DNA of 64,000 bases from Candidatus Eremiobacteria bacterium. Its GTDB lineage: Bacteria; Vulcanimicrobiota; Vulcanimicrobiia; Vulcanimicrobiales; Vulcanimicrobiaceae. Shown here one piece after another: positions 1 through 10,400 of the stretch. Where the stretch lies: NCBI GenBank assembly GCA_963808755.1, contig CAWEGP010000002.1:379245-443244 (forward strand), written 5' to 3'. Made by a program: the position numbers and the translations under genes. Every line of letters starts with the position of its first letter. The stretch's first letter is position 1. The notes beneath the pieces were generated by a model. That model saw only the letters and a program-made list of their open reading frames with translations, made no database searches and had not been told where the DNA came from.

Positions 1-84
1 AACCGGCTGACTGAAGGTCGCCGCCTCCCGGACGCTCCAAAAAAGGCCGGCAGTCATCACGACCCGATTACGCCGTGCGTTACT

Positions 85-1551
85 GTGACACAAATGGGTC
101 AGCGTCTAACGCACGCCGGTATTTTCGTCGACAGACGATGTCCCGTGCCGTTGCACACGCAACTAGCAACGGCACTTCGTGATGCAATTCTGACGGGACG
201 GTTATCGCGAGGCGAGCGACTCCCGTCGAGCCGAGATCTGCAGACGTTCCTAGGAATCTCCCGCAATACCGTGGTCGATGCCATCGAACAACTGCAAAGC
301 GACGGCTTTCTGTTCACCGTGCCGGGGGTAGGCACGTTTGTTGCAAAGCACATCAAGGCGCGCCTCGAGCCTATGCAGTCGTCCTGCCGGCCGGACCTCG
401 TGCCGACGCCTTTAGCCGAAGCATACATCGAGGCGGCACCGCTGGTCCAATATTTGAGCGGAGGACTACCACTTCGTCCCTGCGTGCCCGCGCTCGATCT
501 CTTTCCTACAACGCTCTTTCGTCGTTGTTTTCGCCCGGAAGACTGGATGCCGGACCAGCTCGACTATCCCGAGCCGCGGGGTTATGAGCCACTCCGTGAA
601 GCTATCGCACAGCGCCTGCGACTGACGCGGGGACTCGATTGTTCGGCCGAACAGGTCTTCATAACGAATGGCGCGCAACGCGCGATATGGATGGCAGCGA
701 CGGTACTACTGCGCGAAGGCGATGGTGTGATCGTAGAGGACCCTTCATATCCACACGTTCGCGCACTGCTTCGCGCGAATGGCGCTCGCCTGCTGCCGAC
801 GCCGGTAGATAAGGACGGCATGGACACGAATTTGCTCGCGTCCTCAGGAGCCCGGCTCGCTTACGTCACACCTTCGCATCAATACCCGACCGGCGCCATG
901 CTTTCACTGGAACGCCGCTTTGCGTTGCTTGAGTGGAGCGAGCGTAACGATGCATGGATCATCGAAGACGACTATGACTCTGAGTTTAACTACACGGGTC
1001 GTCCGCAGACGGCACTCCACGGTTTAGGTGAGGGGCGCCGCGTGCTCTACGTTGGAACGTTCAGCAAAGTGCTCTCCCCAGCTTTGCGCACCGGTTATCT
1101 TATTGTCCCTCTTGAACTCGTGCACGCGTTTTCATCCATTCAAAGGGTCACTGGCGGTGCTCCTGATATACTGTTGCAATCCGCGCTCGCTCGATTTATC
1201 TCGGAGGGGCATTTCGGCCGGCACATCACCAAAATGCGTAAGGTGTACGACCAACGCCGCGAACAGGTTGCCAGAGCGCTTACTACAGCCGGCAAAGGAG
1301 CATTTCGCATTCGCGACTCCAAAGCCGGACTGCATTTCATCGCCGAAGTCGACTCTGAAATCAATGACAAGCTGCTGAGCGAACGTGCAAGAAGCGCCGG
1401 GATAACTGTACCTCCGCTGACGAAGTACTTCTCGCGCAAAACGGAGGAGCGGGGGCTCGTTGTCGGATTCGCCGCGACGCCGCCCTCAGCGACGCGTACG
1501 GCCGTCGGTGCACTGGTGAACGCACTCGAGAGCCTGCTTCAACGAGTTTAA
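85..1551 (+). CDS. MocR/GabR-type regulator: N-terminal GntR winged HTH fused to a PLP-dependent aminotransferase-fold domain (start GTG 85 or ATG 94)
   Basis: N-terminal 'LPSSRDLQTFLGISRNTVVDAIEQLQSDGFL' is GntR HTH-like. The long C-terminal domain carries a class I/II aminotransferase-like 'GTFSKVLSPALRTGYLIV' lysine motif. The TAA stop overlaps the ATG of the next gene (TAATG). Confidence 0.75.
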   Translation: MTQMGQRLTHAGIFVDRRCPVPLHTQLATALRDAILTGRLSRGERLPSSRDLQTFLGISRNTVVDAIEQLQSDGFLFTVPGVGTFVAKHIKARLEPMQSSCRPDLVPTPLAEAYIEAAPLVQYLSGGLPLRPCVPALDLFPTTLFRRCFRPEDWMPDQLDYPEPRGYEPLREAIAQRLRLTRGLDCSAEQVFITNGAQRAIWMAATVLLREGDGVIVEDPSYPHVRALLRANGARLLPTPVDKDGMDTNLLASSGARLAYVTPSHQYPTGAMLSLERRFALLEWSERNDAWIIEDDYDSEFNYTGRPQTALHGLGEGRRVLYVGTFSKVLSPALRTGYLIVPLELVHAFSSIQRVTGGAPDILLQSALARFISEGHFGRHITKMRKVYDQRREQVARALTTAGKGAFRIRDSKAGLHFIAEVDSEINDKLLSERARSAGITVPPLTKYFSRKTEERGLVVGFAATPPSATRTAVGALVNALESLLQRV

Positions 1552-1847
1552 TGGAGGCGACAGACGATGCCAATGTGGAACAGCGCTTGTCTATGAAGAG
1601 CCACGACGTCGGCGGGCGGGAGGATTTTGGTCCAGTCGACCCGACAGACGGACCACCGTTTCATCACGAGTGGGAGGCGCGCATTTTCGCAATAAATCGC
1701 ACACTCTTGAAGCGCGGTCTGTACACGCTCGATCAATTTCGCGACGCGGTTGAGCGCACGTGTTCGCACAACTACGAAACGACGCCGTATTATGAGCGAT
1801 GGGTTCGTGCGGTCGAGGCGCTCATCTCCGAAAAAGGACTCTCGTAG
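1551..1847 (+). CDS. nthB: Nitrile hydratase beta subunit, N-terminal half (ToyK-like split beta)
   Basis: 'SHDVGGREDFGPVDP...PFHHEWEARIFAI...YYERWVRAVEALISEKGL' matches the N-domain of NHase beta. ATG overlaps the MocR stop. Ends with TAG at 1845-1847. Confidence 0.7.
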   Translation: MEATDDANVEQRLSMKSHDVGGREDFGPVDPTDGPPFHHEWEARIFAINRTLLKRGLYTLDQFRDAVERTCSHNYETTPYYERWVRAVEALISEKGLS

Positions 1848-1850
1848 GCG

Positions 1851-2120
1851 ATGACGCTCGCGGTACACGAATCGATCCGTACGCGAGACGCCCAACACGG
1901 CGGCCACACCCGTTTACCAGCATACCTGGCGGGCAAACGCGGCACGGTCGAGCGGGTCGTCGGTGAGTTTCCATTCCCGGACGACGTTGCGGCGGGGGTC
2001 CGAGACTCCAACGCGACGCTGTACACGATTCGCTTCGAAGGCCGGGAACTATGGAGCGGAGCCGATTGCAACGCTGTCTATGCCGACCTCTTCGAGCCAT
2101 ATTTGGAGCAGTACCAATGA
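1851..2120 (+). CDS. nthB: Nitrile hydratase beta subunit, C-terminal half (ToyL-like)
   Basis: 'GKRGTVERVVGEFPFPD...TLYTIRFEGRELWS...YADLFEPYLE' matches the C-domain of NHase beta. ATG lies 3 nt after the in-frame TAG of the previous ORF, in the same reading frame, with AAGGA about 12 nt upstream. TGA overlaps the alpha subunit ATG. Confidence 0.7.
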   Translation: MTLAVHESIRTRDAQHGGHTRLPAYLAGKRGTVERVVGEFPFPDDVAAGVRDSNATLYTIRFEGRELWSGADCNAVYADLFEPYLEQYQ

Positions 2121-2722
2121 ACGTCGACGGCCACACGCACGATCACACCGGAAGCGCAGCCGTCTCGAGTCGCGTGAAGGCGATCGTGTCGCGCCTTGAA
2201 GCTGACGGCATCACAACAGAACGAGAACTCGACGAAATCGTCGAGCAGTTTCTTCTGAGGGCGCGAGCGGAAAACGGTTACGGCATCGTGGCGCGAGCAT
2301 GGATCGATGCCGGATTTAAAGAGCGGTTATTGAGCAATGCCAACGTTGCGATAGCGGAACTCGGAATCGATCTCACGCACTGGGCTCCTGTAAAACTCCG
2401 CGTAGTCGAGAATACACCTGATGCCCACAACATTATCACGTGCACGCTTTGTTCGTGTTATCCGATTGCGCTGCTCGGACCGTCGCCGCAGTGGTACAAG
2501 AGCGAGGCATATCGCTCGCGAGTCGTGCGCGAGCCGCGAGAGATCCTTTCAGATTTCGGGGTGTCATTGCCGGATACGGTGGCGGTCAACGTTTGGGACA
2601 GCACTGCTGAGGTGCGGTACATGGTTCTACCCGTGCGCCCGCGCGATACAGAATCCCTGAATGAAACGCAGCTGGCTCAACTCGTAACCCGCAACGGATT
2701 GATCGGAACAGCTCTCGTTTAG
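2117..2722 (+). CDS. nthA: Nitrile hydratase alpha subunit, cobalt type (upstream part of ORF 2051.. is probably not translated)
   Basis: Metal-binding claw 'ITCTLCSCYP' (Thr/Tyr variant of CxLCSC, typical of Co-type). ATGA overlap with the beta-C stop. About 202 aa, typical alpha size. Confidence 0.85.
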   Translation: MNVDGHTHDHTGSAAVSSRVKAIVSRLEADGITTERELDEIVEQFLLRARAENGYGIVARAWIDAGFKERLLSNANVAIAELGIDLTHWAPVKLRVVENTPDAHNIITCTLCSCYPIALLGPSPQWYKSEAYRSRVVREPREILSDFGVSLPDTVAVNVWDSTAEVRYMVLPVRPRDTESLNETQLAQLVTRNGLIGTALV

Positions 2723-2731
2723 CTGACCCCA

Positions 2732-5170
2732 CTAACGCGCTTGCCGCAAAGTGATGAGCGCTGCGTACGCCGCATCTTGCACGACCCATTGCGGATCGCG
2801 CGCTTGGATTTGTGCGAGCACGGGAATCGCGGATGGGTTCCCGAGCGTACCGAGCGCGCGAACTGCCGCCATCCGAGAACTCACCAATGGATCGTTTAGC
2901 GCGATGGATTGCAGCCGATCTTTCGCACCGTCGAGTTTCAGCGCGCGAGCTAATTCGGCATAAGCCGTGATGGCCGCGGCACGCTCCTGATCCGGCGTAC
3001 CATACGTCATGTGACCTTCAATCAACCGCAGGGCGTCACGCCGCCCGGTCTTTGCGAGGCCAGCTAGCGCGCCGGAAGCAACGGCACTGCCATACGAGGG
3101 TCGCTGCAACGCCGCGGCGAGGCGGCTATAACTCGCGCGCGGATCGATCGTACCGAGCGCTGTAAGTGCGCTCCCCGCGATCAGTGGATCCTTGTCTTCG
3201 CTGAATGCTCGTACGCGCGACACCACAGCCCGTCCCGGCGAGTGAAGATTCTCGGTGGCCTCGATTGCCGCGATCCGAACTCGCGCATCCGGGTCACGAA
3301 ACAACGCCTCAACGGTCGCGCCGTCGCCGTGTGTTGCCGCAATTGCGACGGCGTCCGCTCGAACGCCGTACGAGGGATCGCGCCGGGCAACCAATGCAAT
3401 CGCCGCGGCGCCTGCCGAAGATCGCGCTGCGTGCGAAAGCTGCGCCAATGCCCACTCGCGATCGATGACATGCGGAGCACGCGTCGCTTGAAACGCAAGC
3501 TCTCCTGGCGTTTTCGTGAACTCGACATCATGCAGCAGCAGACCGTCGGGATCAAAAAGAACCATTTGCGGCGTCGCATCGACGCCAGGGATTACGACGG
3601 TTTCATCGTTTCGAGCGATCACCGGGTGTGCGGTGTGGACGCGTCCATCGACCCACACTTCTATTTCAACCGGCAGCCGGTACGGCAGTCCATCGATGTT
3701 CTTCTGGACGATCTTCAGCCCGACGGTATGGTGTACAGCGTCGTAGTGTTGGGCAATCCGAAGATGCGGATAGCCTGGGCGAAAGAACCACTGCTCCTCA
3801 AACCACCCGAGTGACGTACCGCTGACGCTTTCCGCAATTGCGAAAAATTGGTGAGTATCGGCGCGGCCATACCGGTACTTTTCAAGATAGGTATGTAAGA
3901 TACGGAAAAACGTGCGGTCACCCAGCATAGCGCGCAAGCCGTGGAGCACGGCTGCAGCGCGCTCGTGACTGCTCGAATCGAAGAGGTCGAGCGGAATATG
4001 GTATTCGTTGTCTACAATCGGACGATGATACGCCGCGTCTTCCGCATAGTACCGCTGTTGTCCGAGATAGCGATCGTATTCAAAATCTACAGTGCCGAAG
4101 CGCTTTTGATCCCAGAGCTGCTCAAGGTACGTTGCAAAGCCCTCTCCCAACCAACAGTTGGCCCAGTCGTTCATCGTGACATCGTCACCAAACCATTGCT
4201 CCGCCAGTTCGTGAGAGACGACGGCGTCGCACGACTTTTCAACGTCGGTATTCGCCGGGTGAAGGTACTGGTCAGCCAAGATCGTTGCGGACGCGTTTTC
4301 CATGCCGCCGTATGTAAAGCGTTCGACGGCAATCTGATCGTATTTTTCCCAGGGCAACGGGACACCCAAAAGATCGCCGAAGTAGTCGACCATCTGCGCC
4401 GTGTTCCCGAAGCAACTCACGCTATCACTCGCCAGGCTAGGGCGCACAAACGCATCGACAGCGAGGTGCCGGGATTGCGTGTGCAGTTTCGCAAACGGAC
4501 CTGCAGCGAAGGCGATGAGATATGTCGACTTCGGATGTGGCGAATTCCAGTCCCACGTCTCTGTACTGGCCGCCGTCGTGTGCGAACGCAAGTAACCATT
4601 GCCAATTGCTGACCATCCGCGAGGCACCGTGATGACCAGTTCACTCGGCGTCTTTTCGTTCGGTTCATCCCACGTCGGGAACCAATACCGGTTATCGTTT
4701 GTCTCGCCTTGGGTCCACACTTCAGGCGTGAGGCGCGGATATCCACGATCGGGTTGCATGCAGAACAAGCCGCGCTGCGGTCGAGCCGAATAGACGAAGC
4801 GAACGCTAAACCGGTTCCCGACACCCGCGGGAACCGTTACCGCAACCGTTTCTCGAGCGGGATCTTGCGAAAATTGTGCAACCCGCCCGTTCACGGAAAT
4901 ATAACGGTAGTGGATGTCGCCGCTGTAAAACGGGAGCGCCCGAAGTCCTGCGGCTTTGGTTTGAACGATCGCCGTTTCGTCTCCGAAGACGGTGCATCGC
5001 GATGGATCGACGCGAACCCGAACGACGGTGTTTTCAAAGCGGTACGGCGACTCGGGTAACACGTGCACGCTCGCCATGCCATCTCCGAACAGCGATCCAC
5101 GAGGCGCTGCCCCAAGCGCGAACGCAACGCATGTGACGAGAATCAAAGCGCGAACACATCGGTTGATCAT
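2732..5170 (-). CDS. Secreted M1-family zinc aminopeptidase with C-terminal PBS-lyase-type HEAT repeats (ORF extends to 5239; ATG at 5170 gives signal peptide MINRCVRALILVTCVAFALGAAP)
   Basis: 'FTYGGMENASA' (GAMEN-type exopeptidase motif). 'HELAEQWFGD...WLGEGFATY' is HExxH plus the distal Glu. The C-terminus has repeated 'AAxALGxLGDPRAxxxL'-like HEAT units. Confidence 0.75.
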   Translation of the reverse strand: MINRCVRALILVTCVAFALGAAPRGSLFGDGMASVHVLPESPYRFENTVVRVRVDPSRCTVFGDETAIVQTKAAGLRALPFYSGDIHYRYISVNGRVAQFSQDPARETVAVTVPAGVGNRFSVRFVYSARPQRGLFCMQPDRGYPRLTPEVWTQGETNDNRYWFPTWDEPNEKTPSELVITVPRGWSAIGNGYLRSHTTAASTETWDWNSPHPKSTYLIAFAAGPFAKLHTQSRHLAVDAFVRPSLASDSVSCFGNTAQMVDYFGDLLGVPLPWEKYDQIAVERFTYGGMENASATILADQYLHPANTDVEKSCDAVVSHELAEQWFGDDVTMNDWANCWLGEGFATYLEQLWDQKRFGTVDFEYDRYLGQQRYYAEDAAYHRPIVDNEYHIPLDLFDSSSHERAAAVLHGLRAMLGDRTFFRILHTYLEKYRYGRADTHQFFAIAESVSGTSLGWFEEQWFFRPGYPHLRIAQHYDAVHHTVGLKIVQKNIDGLPYRLPVEIEVWVDGRVHTAHPVIARNDETVVIPGVDATPQMVLFDPDGLLLHDVEFTKTPGELAFQATRAPHVIDREWALAQLSHAARSSAGAAAIALVARRDPSYGVRADAVAIAATHGDGATVEALFRDPDARVRIAAIEATENLHSPGRAVVSRVRAFSEDKDPLIAGSALTALGTIDPRASYSRLAAALQRPSYGSAVASGALAGLAKTGRRDALRLIEGHMTYGTPDQERAAAITAYAELARALKLDGAKDRLQSIALNDPLVSSRMAAVRALGTLGNPSAIPVLAQIQARDPQWVVQDAAYAALITLRQAR

Positions 5171-5326
5171 CTGCGTTGTACCGCTTCGTGACGTTGCAAT
5201 GAGCACCATTCTCTGCGACGAGATGCTTGTCACGCTCAAGGAGCGAAATTCGTTATCCGGCGGGCGGTATACGCGTCCACCTTATCCCTGAGAGAGAATA
5301 CCGCACTGAAACGCAATTGGTACTCT

Positions 5327-6289
5327 ATGATGCTCGGAACGCTCGTCGCATTGGCACCCTCAAGTGTGCACGCCCAGAGCGCTCCAACGCCGTCACCTAG
5401 CCCTGTCGCGCGACAGACGCTCGAAAGCGCATGGTGGACGGGACCCATGTTGGCGGCCGGCGCGGGAACGCTGCCGCGTGGTCATTTTCTATTCGAACCA
5501 TATCTCTATGATGTGATTCAATATGGAAGCTTCGACCGAAAAGGCATCGGATCCGCAACCCCGCATTCGAACGGTTTCGGATCGCTCACGTACATACTCT
5601 ATGGATTGACGGACCGCTTCACGGCCGGCGTAATACCGACCGCCGGTTTCAATACGGTGAGCAACGGACCCAGCAGCTCGAGGATAGGGGTGGGCGACGT
5701 TTCGCTGGTGACGCAGTACCGGCTCGCGCAATATCACAAGGGCAGCTGGATCCCAACAGCGTCGATCAATGTCCAAGAGTCACTGCCGACCGGTCAATAC
5801 GATCGGTTAGGAGATCGCCCTACCGACGGATTCGGAAATGGAGACTACGCGACGGAAGTCTCGCTATACACCCAGACGTACTTCTGGATGCCGAACGGCC
5901 GCATCTTGCGTGCTCGCCTCAATGCGTCACAAACGTTTTCAGGCAAAGCATTCATCAATGGAGTCAGTGTCTATGGCACGAGTCCCGGTTTTCGAGGATA
6001 TGCTCATCCCGGTAACAGTTTTTCGCTCGATATCGCTCAGGAATACAGCGTTACGGAGAACTGGGTGCTGGCAATGGACGAATATTATCGTCACGGTGCC
6101 AATACGACCGTAACCGGCAACAATAGCGTCATGAATCTCGGCACGAACGATACCTATGCGCTTGCCCCGGCGGTTGAATACAACTGGACGCCTAACGTGG
6201 GAGTGCTGTTAGGAGTTCGTTTGATCCCTGCGGGCCACAATAGCAGCATAACGATCACGCCCGTCGCCGCTATTAACATCGTGCGCTGA
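5327..6289 (+). CDS. Outer-membrane beta-barrel protein, possibly MetA-pathway (phenol-degradation) transporter-like family
   Basis: Signal peptide ending AQS. Alternating amphipathic beta-strand pattern, 'GVGDVSLVTQYRL' motif, C-terminal aromatic-rich strands. About 320 aa. Confidence 0.4.
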   Translation: MMLGTLVALAPSSVHAQSAPTPSPSPVARQTLESAWWTGPMLAAGAGTLPRGHFLFEPYLYDVIQYGSFDRKGIGSATPHSNGFGSLTYILYGLTDRFTAGVIPTAGFNTVSNGPSSSRIGVGDVSLVTQYRLAQYHKGSWIPTASINVQESLPTGQYDRLGDRPTDGFGNGDYATEVSLYTQTYFWMPNGRILRARLNASQTFSGKAFINGVSVYGTSPGFRGYAHPGNSFSLDIAQEYSVTENWVLAMDEYYRHGANTTVTGNNSVMNLGTNDTYALAPAVEYNWTPNVGVLLGVRLIPAGHNSSITITPVAAINIVR

Positions 6290-6370
6290 CGTTTCGACAT
6301 CGTCCTGGTCTCATTGAAAACACAGATTCTGGCCCTTTTAGAGGTTCCAAATCGTCGGTATCGTTGATGC

Positions 6371-7210
6371 ATGGAGATGCGACTCATCGCTCGGCGCACG
6401 AGCCGTGATCGCTTTTGGGACGGGATCGACGCGACCGTCTACGACACATCGGGCGGCGACTCGCAAGGTTTTAGCGCGTACCATCGCATTCTCATGCACA
6501 CGGGCGGCGCTGTTATGGCCTCGACGCAATGTGGCGGATCGACATATCGGGGTCTACAGAGCTCCGGTGACCTGCACATTGTTCCAGCGGGACATGCATG
6601 CGTTTGGGAAAGCGATGGCCCCGCGAGTATGCTTGTCGTTAAACTTAGTCCGTTGCTGGTACATGCCGCAGCCAGCGAGATGGGTATCGGGCGCGATAGT
6701 GTAGTGATCGCGCCACGACTGAACGAGCGAGACGCTCTCATCGAATGTATCTGCTGGACGCTCAAGCGCGAGTTGGAAAGCGATAAAACGTTGGATCGCT
6801 TTTACCCCGAGGGTCTTGGCCTCGTGCTCGCAACGCATCTATTGCGTCATTACGGGCAGGAAGCGAACGGTGACGACAGGCGCGAACTGCCCATGCGAGC
6901 GCTCCAAACGGTGGTTGAGTATATCCGCGAAAACCCGGCCGCCGAGTTGAGGATGGCCGAACTCGCGACGGTTGCACGAATGAGTCCGAGTCGCTTTAAG
7001 ATACTCTTCAAGCGCGCTTTTGGTATGCCCGTCCACCAATACGTCATTCGAAGCCGGCTGGAGTACGCTGCGGACTTACTCGTGGAGGGATCTTTGTCGT
7101 CGACGGATGTTGCGTATGCTGCCGGTTTTGCGAATCAGAGCCATATGGCGCGTTGCATGCGTCGAATAACCGGCGCAACACCACGAGTCCTTAAACCCAA
7201 GGCTATATAA
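6371..7210 (+). CDS. AraC-family transcriptional regulator (cupin-like N-domain plus C-terminal double HTH)
   Basis: C-terminal 'LATVARMSPSRFKILFKRAFGMPVHQYVIRSRLEYAADLL...SSTDVAYAAGFANQSHMARCMRRITGATP' is a canonical AraC HTH pair. Confidence 0.8.
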   Translation: MEMRLIARRTSRDRFWDGIDATVYDTSGGDSQGFSAYHRILMHTGGAVMASTQCGGSTYRGLQSSGDLHIVPAGHACVWESDGPASMLVVKLSPLLVHAAASEMGIGRDSVVIAPRLNERDALIECICWTLKRELESDKTLDRFYPEGLGLVLATHLLRHYGQEANGDDRRELPMRALQTVVEYIRENPAAELRMAELATVARMSPSRFKILFKRAFGMPVHQYVIRSRLEYAADLLVEGSLSSTDVAYAAGFANQSHMARCMRRITGATPRVLKPKAI

Positions 7211-7213
7211 CAA

Positions 7214-7240
7214 CGGCCAACACCGCTGGTTTTTTTTCGA
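7214..7240 (+). terminator. Possible intrinsic terminator after the AraC gene (weak hairpin plus T8 tract)
   Basis: ggCCAACaccGCTGG followed by TTTTTTTT. The stem is imperfect. Confidence 0.35.
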
Positions 7241-7415
7241 ACAAAGCGTGCATCCTAGCGTGGCCGATTGTACTGGGCATGTCCGAAAATGAGCGACATG
7301 CGCGAGCAAGCATTGATATGTTTAGTCAATCTTCGCAGTCTTTTGCGAGGGTCGGCTAGCGCAAGGTTTTCCGGCGCACGCCGCACTGCAACTCCACAAG
7401 AGGAAACCACACAAC

Positions 7416-10400
7416 ATGAAACGTCTCACGTTACGGCGTTCGTTGGTGGCACTCCTGACCGCTCTTCTCACGCTCTGCCAGGTAACATGGGCGCTGGCAG
7501 GCACGACGGGCGGCCTCGGCGGTGTCGTCATGGGCGAGGACGGCAAGCCCGTCTCCGGGGCGGCTGTAAAAGTCGCCTCGGCGTCACAAACGAGTACCAC
7601 TGAAACCGATTCTTCAGGACACTTCAATTTTTTGAGTCTGGCGCCGGATACGTATACGGTGTCGATCGGAAAAGAAGGATACAATCCTATTGCGTATGCC
7701 GGCGTGTCGGTATTTGCCGACAATCAAGTCGCGCTATCGTTTCGCATGCAAAAACAACTCAAGACGATCGCGAACGTCACCTCACGGGCTGCCGGTGACG
7801 TCGTAAAGTCAGGGGTCGGTTCAGACATTTACAATGTCAACGCGAAGCAAATTGACGCCGCAGCGGTGTTGGGCGGCGGCGCCAACTTGAACAACGCGTA
7901 TTCGGCGATTTCGTCAGTTCCGGGAGTAACGGTGCCCAGCGGCGGCATGGGCTGGAATCAGCCAACCTACGTCCGCGGCTCGCAGAGCTTCTTCACGGGC
8001 TTCGAATACGATGGTATTCCCGTGAATCGCTCCTTTGATAACTACGTTGCTTCAACGGAGTCGAATCTGGGCTTGCAAGAACTTCAGGTGTACACCGGTG
8101 GGGGACCATCGTCGAATTCATCGTCAGGCACATCTGGATTCATAAATCAGGTTATCAAGACGGGTACGTACCCGGGATATTTTTCGCTCAACGGCGGCAT
8201 TGGAACCCCAACGTTCTACCATCAATTGAAAATTGAAACCGGCGGCGCAACACCCGATCGGCGATTCAGTTACTACGCCGGCCTGAGTGGGTACGATCAA
8301 TCGTTCCGTTACCTCAACAATCAAAATGGGGCAAACTTCATGCAACCCGGCGACGTACGGGACGGATACAGTACCGCGAGTACCGGGACGATTCAAAACT
8401 TAGTGTTCGAAACGGTAGCACCCCTCTGCAATCCCGGAACGAACGTTACTCCTTCATCCGTATCTGGACTTTCGTGGTTCCAACCGGACTTGAATCTCAT
8501 CTCAGGCGGAAGCGCGACGTCTAACTGCCTGATTACATATCCAAATCAGTACGGGTATATCAATGGCATCTCGGACAGGGAGAACATCTTCAACTTCCAC
8601 TTCCGCATTCCGCGTAAGAATGGTCAGAGCGATGATCTTCAGTTGCTCGGCAGCACGTCGGAATTGAGAACCTCCGTGGATTCGAGCATAAACGATGCAG
8701 GCGGTTACGACGCCTACACGCTTGCAGTCACCGGCCAACCGTATTGTGCTCCAACACAGCAGAGCAATTCGAATCCCGCGTGCGGCACCGGTTCATCCTA
8801 TGCACCGAATTATCCGAACTACGTCGATGCTGTGGTGTACAACGCCCCCTTCGGGACGCCGATATCCACCCTTAAGACGCAGGTATACTATCAGCCGTCA
8901 TCGAGCGACCCGGCGCGCGGATATTTGGCCCAAATACCAGCCAACCTACGCGACGTTCAGGATAATGATACCGGCGTTGTGAAACTTCAATACACCCATC
9001 AATTGGGAAGTAACGCGTATATCCGCGCGTTCGGATACACGTTTTATTCGGACTGGATGATCACATTCCCGAATTACGCCTACAACGGGTACCAGGAAGG
9101 TATTGGCGGCCCAACCGACGCCAATTCCATATCCGGGGCTGCAAACTATGATCTGATCACTCATACTGCGGGCGGCGAGTTGCAATTCGCGGATCAGCTC
9201 ACGAGCGCACATCTGTTAGAGTTAACTGCCAATTATACGACGGCAAATGTGATTCGCTTTAACAACAGCGGCTTTACGTCGGGACCCAGCGCATCGCCGA
9301 TCGGTATCGTTAGTGACAGCGGCGGTCAATTTAGCTGCTGGGACGAACATCCCGGAGACTCCACTTTCGACCAGACCGTGCCTTGTGTCCCGAGTGGAAG
9401 CGCGTTTAAGAAGTGGGGATCCCACGCGAGCAGTGGACCATATAACAACGCCGCCATCGGGCCAAATGCCGCAGCCGCCGGCGCGCAATGGATTACCCTT
9501 TGGGACGGCAATGCGGCGGGCTCGTACAATACCGTTAAACCCGATTTCTCGTTCGTCTCGCTTGGCGATCAATGGCGCCCGAACGACAAGCTCCTCTTGA
9601 ACTTCAATCTGCGCTATGAAAACTATCTGTACAAAATGCCGTCTCAGGCAAGTTTGGCCACACAATTCTACGCTCAGGTTGAGCAACATGACGTGTGTGT
9701 GAACGGGTCGGGCGGAGTATTGACACAGCCGCTTTTACCGGGTCAACCACCGCCGGCGCCGGTGATCTACACATCAAGCTGCTCTGCGGGGACGGTCGTA
9801 AAGGGATATCCGAACGGTCTTCCGGCCGGGTACAGTCATCCAAACTTCTCGGCGAATTCGCCGCCGAGCTACACGATAGCAAACGTGTCGCCGCGATTCT
9901 CGGCGACGTATTCGCAATCACCTGACACAGTGTGGCGCGTTTCCGCGGGACGTTTCACAGAACCGCCGATTTCGGCCTCGATTCAGTACCTGAATACCTC
10001 CGGGAATAACCTCACCGTGTGGAACGCGACGCTGCCCCTCGGCTTCGACTCGCCGTTCCATCCGATACCGGAGATGACCGCCAACCAGTTCGATCTCTCG
10101 CTAGAACGTCACATTCGCGGCTCGGATGTCAGCTTCAAGATTTCCCCATTCTACAACCTTACGAATGACTATCAGGAGCAGGCATTTATTGGGCCTAGTT
10201 TTGTGACGCAAGCCCCAGTCGGTCAATTCCGCTCGACCGGTGCAGAATTCGCCATTTCAAAAGGCGACTTTGCCCGCGACGGCTTGTCGGGTCAGTTATC
10301 GTTAACATATACCGACGCCAAGGTTCAATACGGTGCCTTCTTCGGCCCAAATTCGAACCAGCTCGTCGGCGTGAATAACGTCATTAGCGAGTTCAATAAG

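Noticed and set aside
1845-1847. Genome-wide amber (TAG) recoding / read-through as explanation for in-frame TAGs
   Set aside because: TAG terminates many confident genes here (nthA, M1 peptidase, TBDR, CMD, YVTN, SNF2, cupin), so it is a normal stop codon. Only local coupling or rare read-through remains plausible.
2051-2116. Upstream extension of the nitrile hydratase alpha ORF (MERSRLQRC...)
   Set aside because: Overlaps the beta C-half gene. A conserved ATGA-coupled start at 2117 gives a canonical alpha N-terminus (MNVDGHTHDH...).
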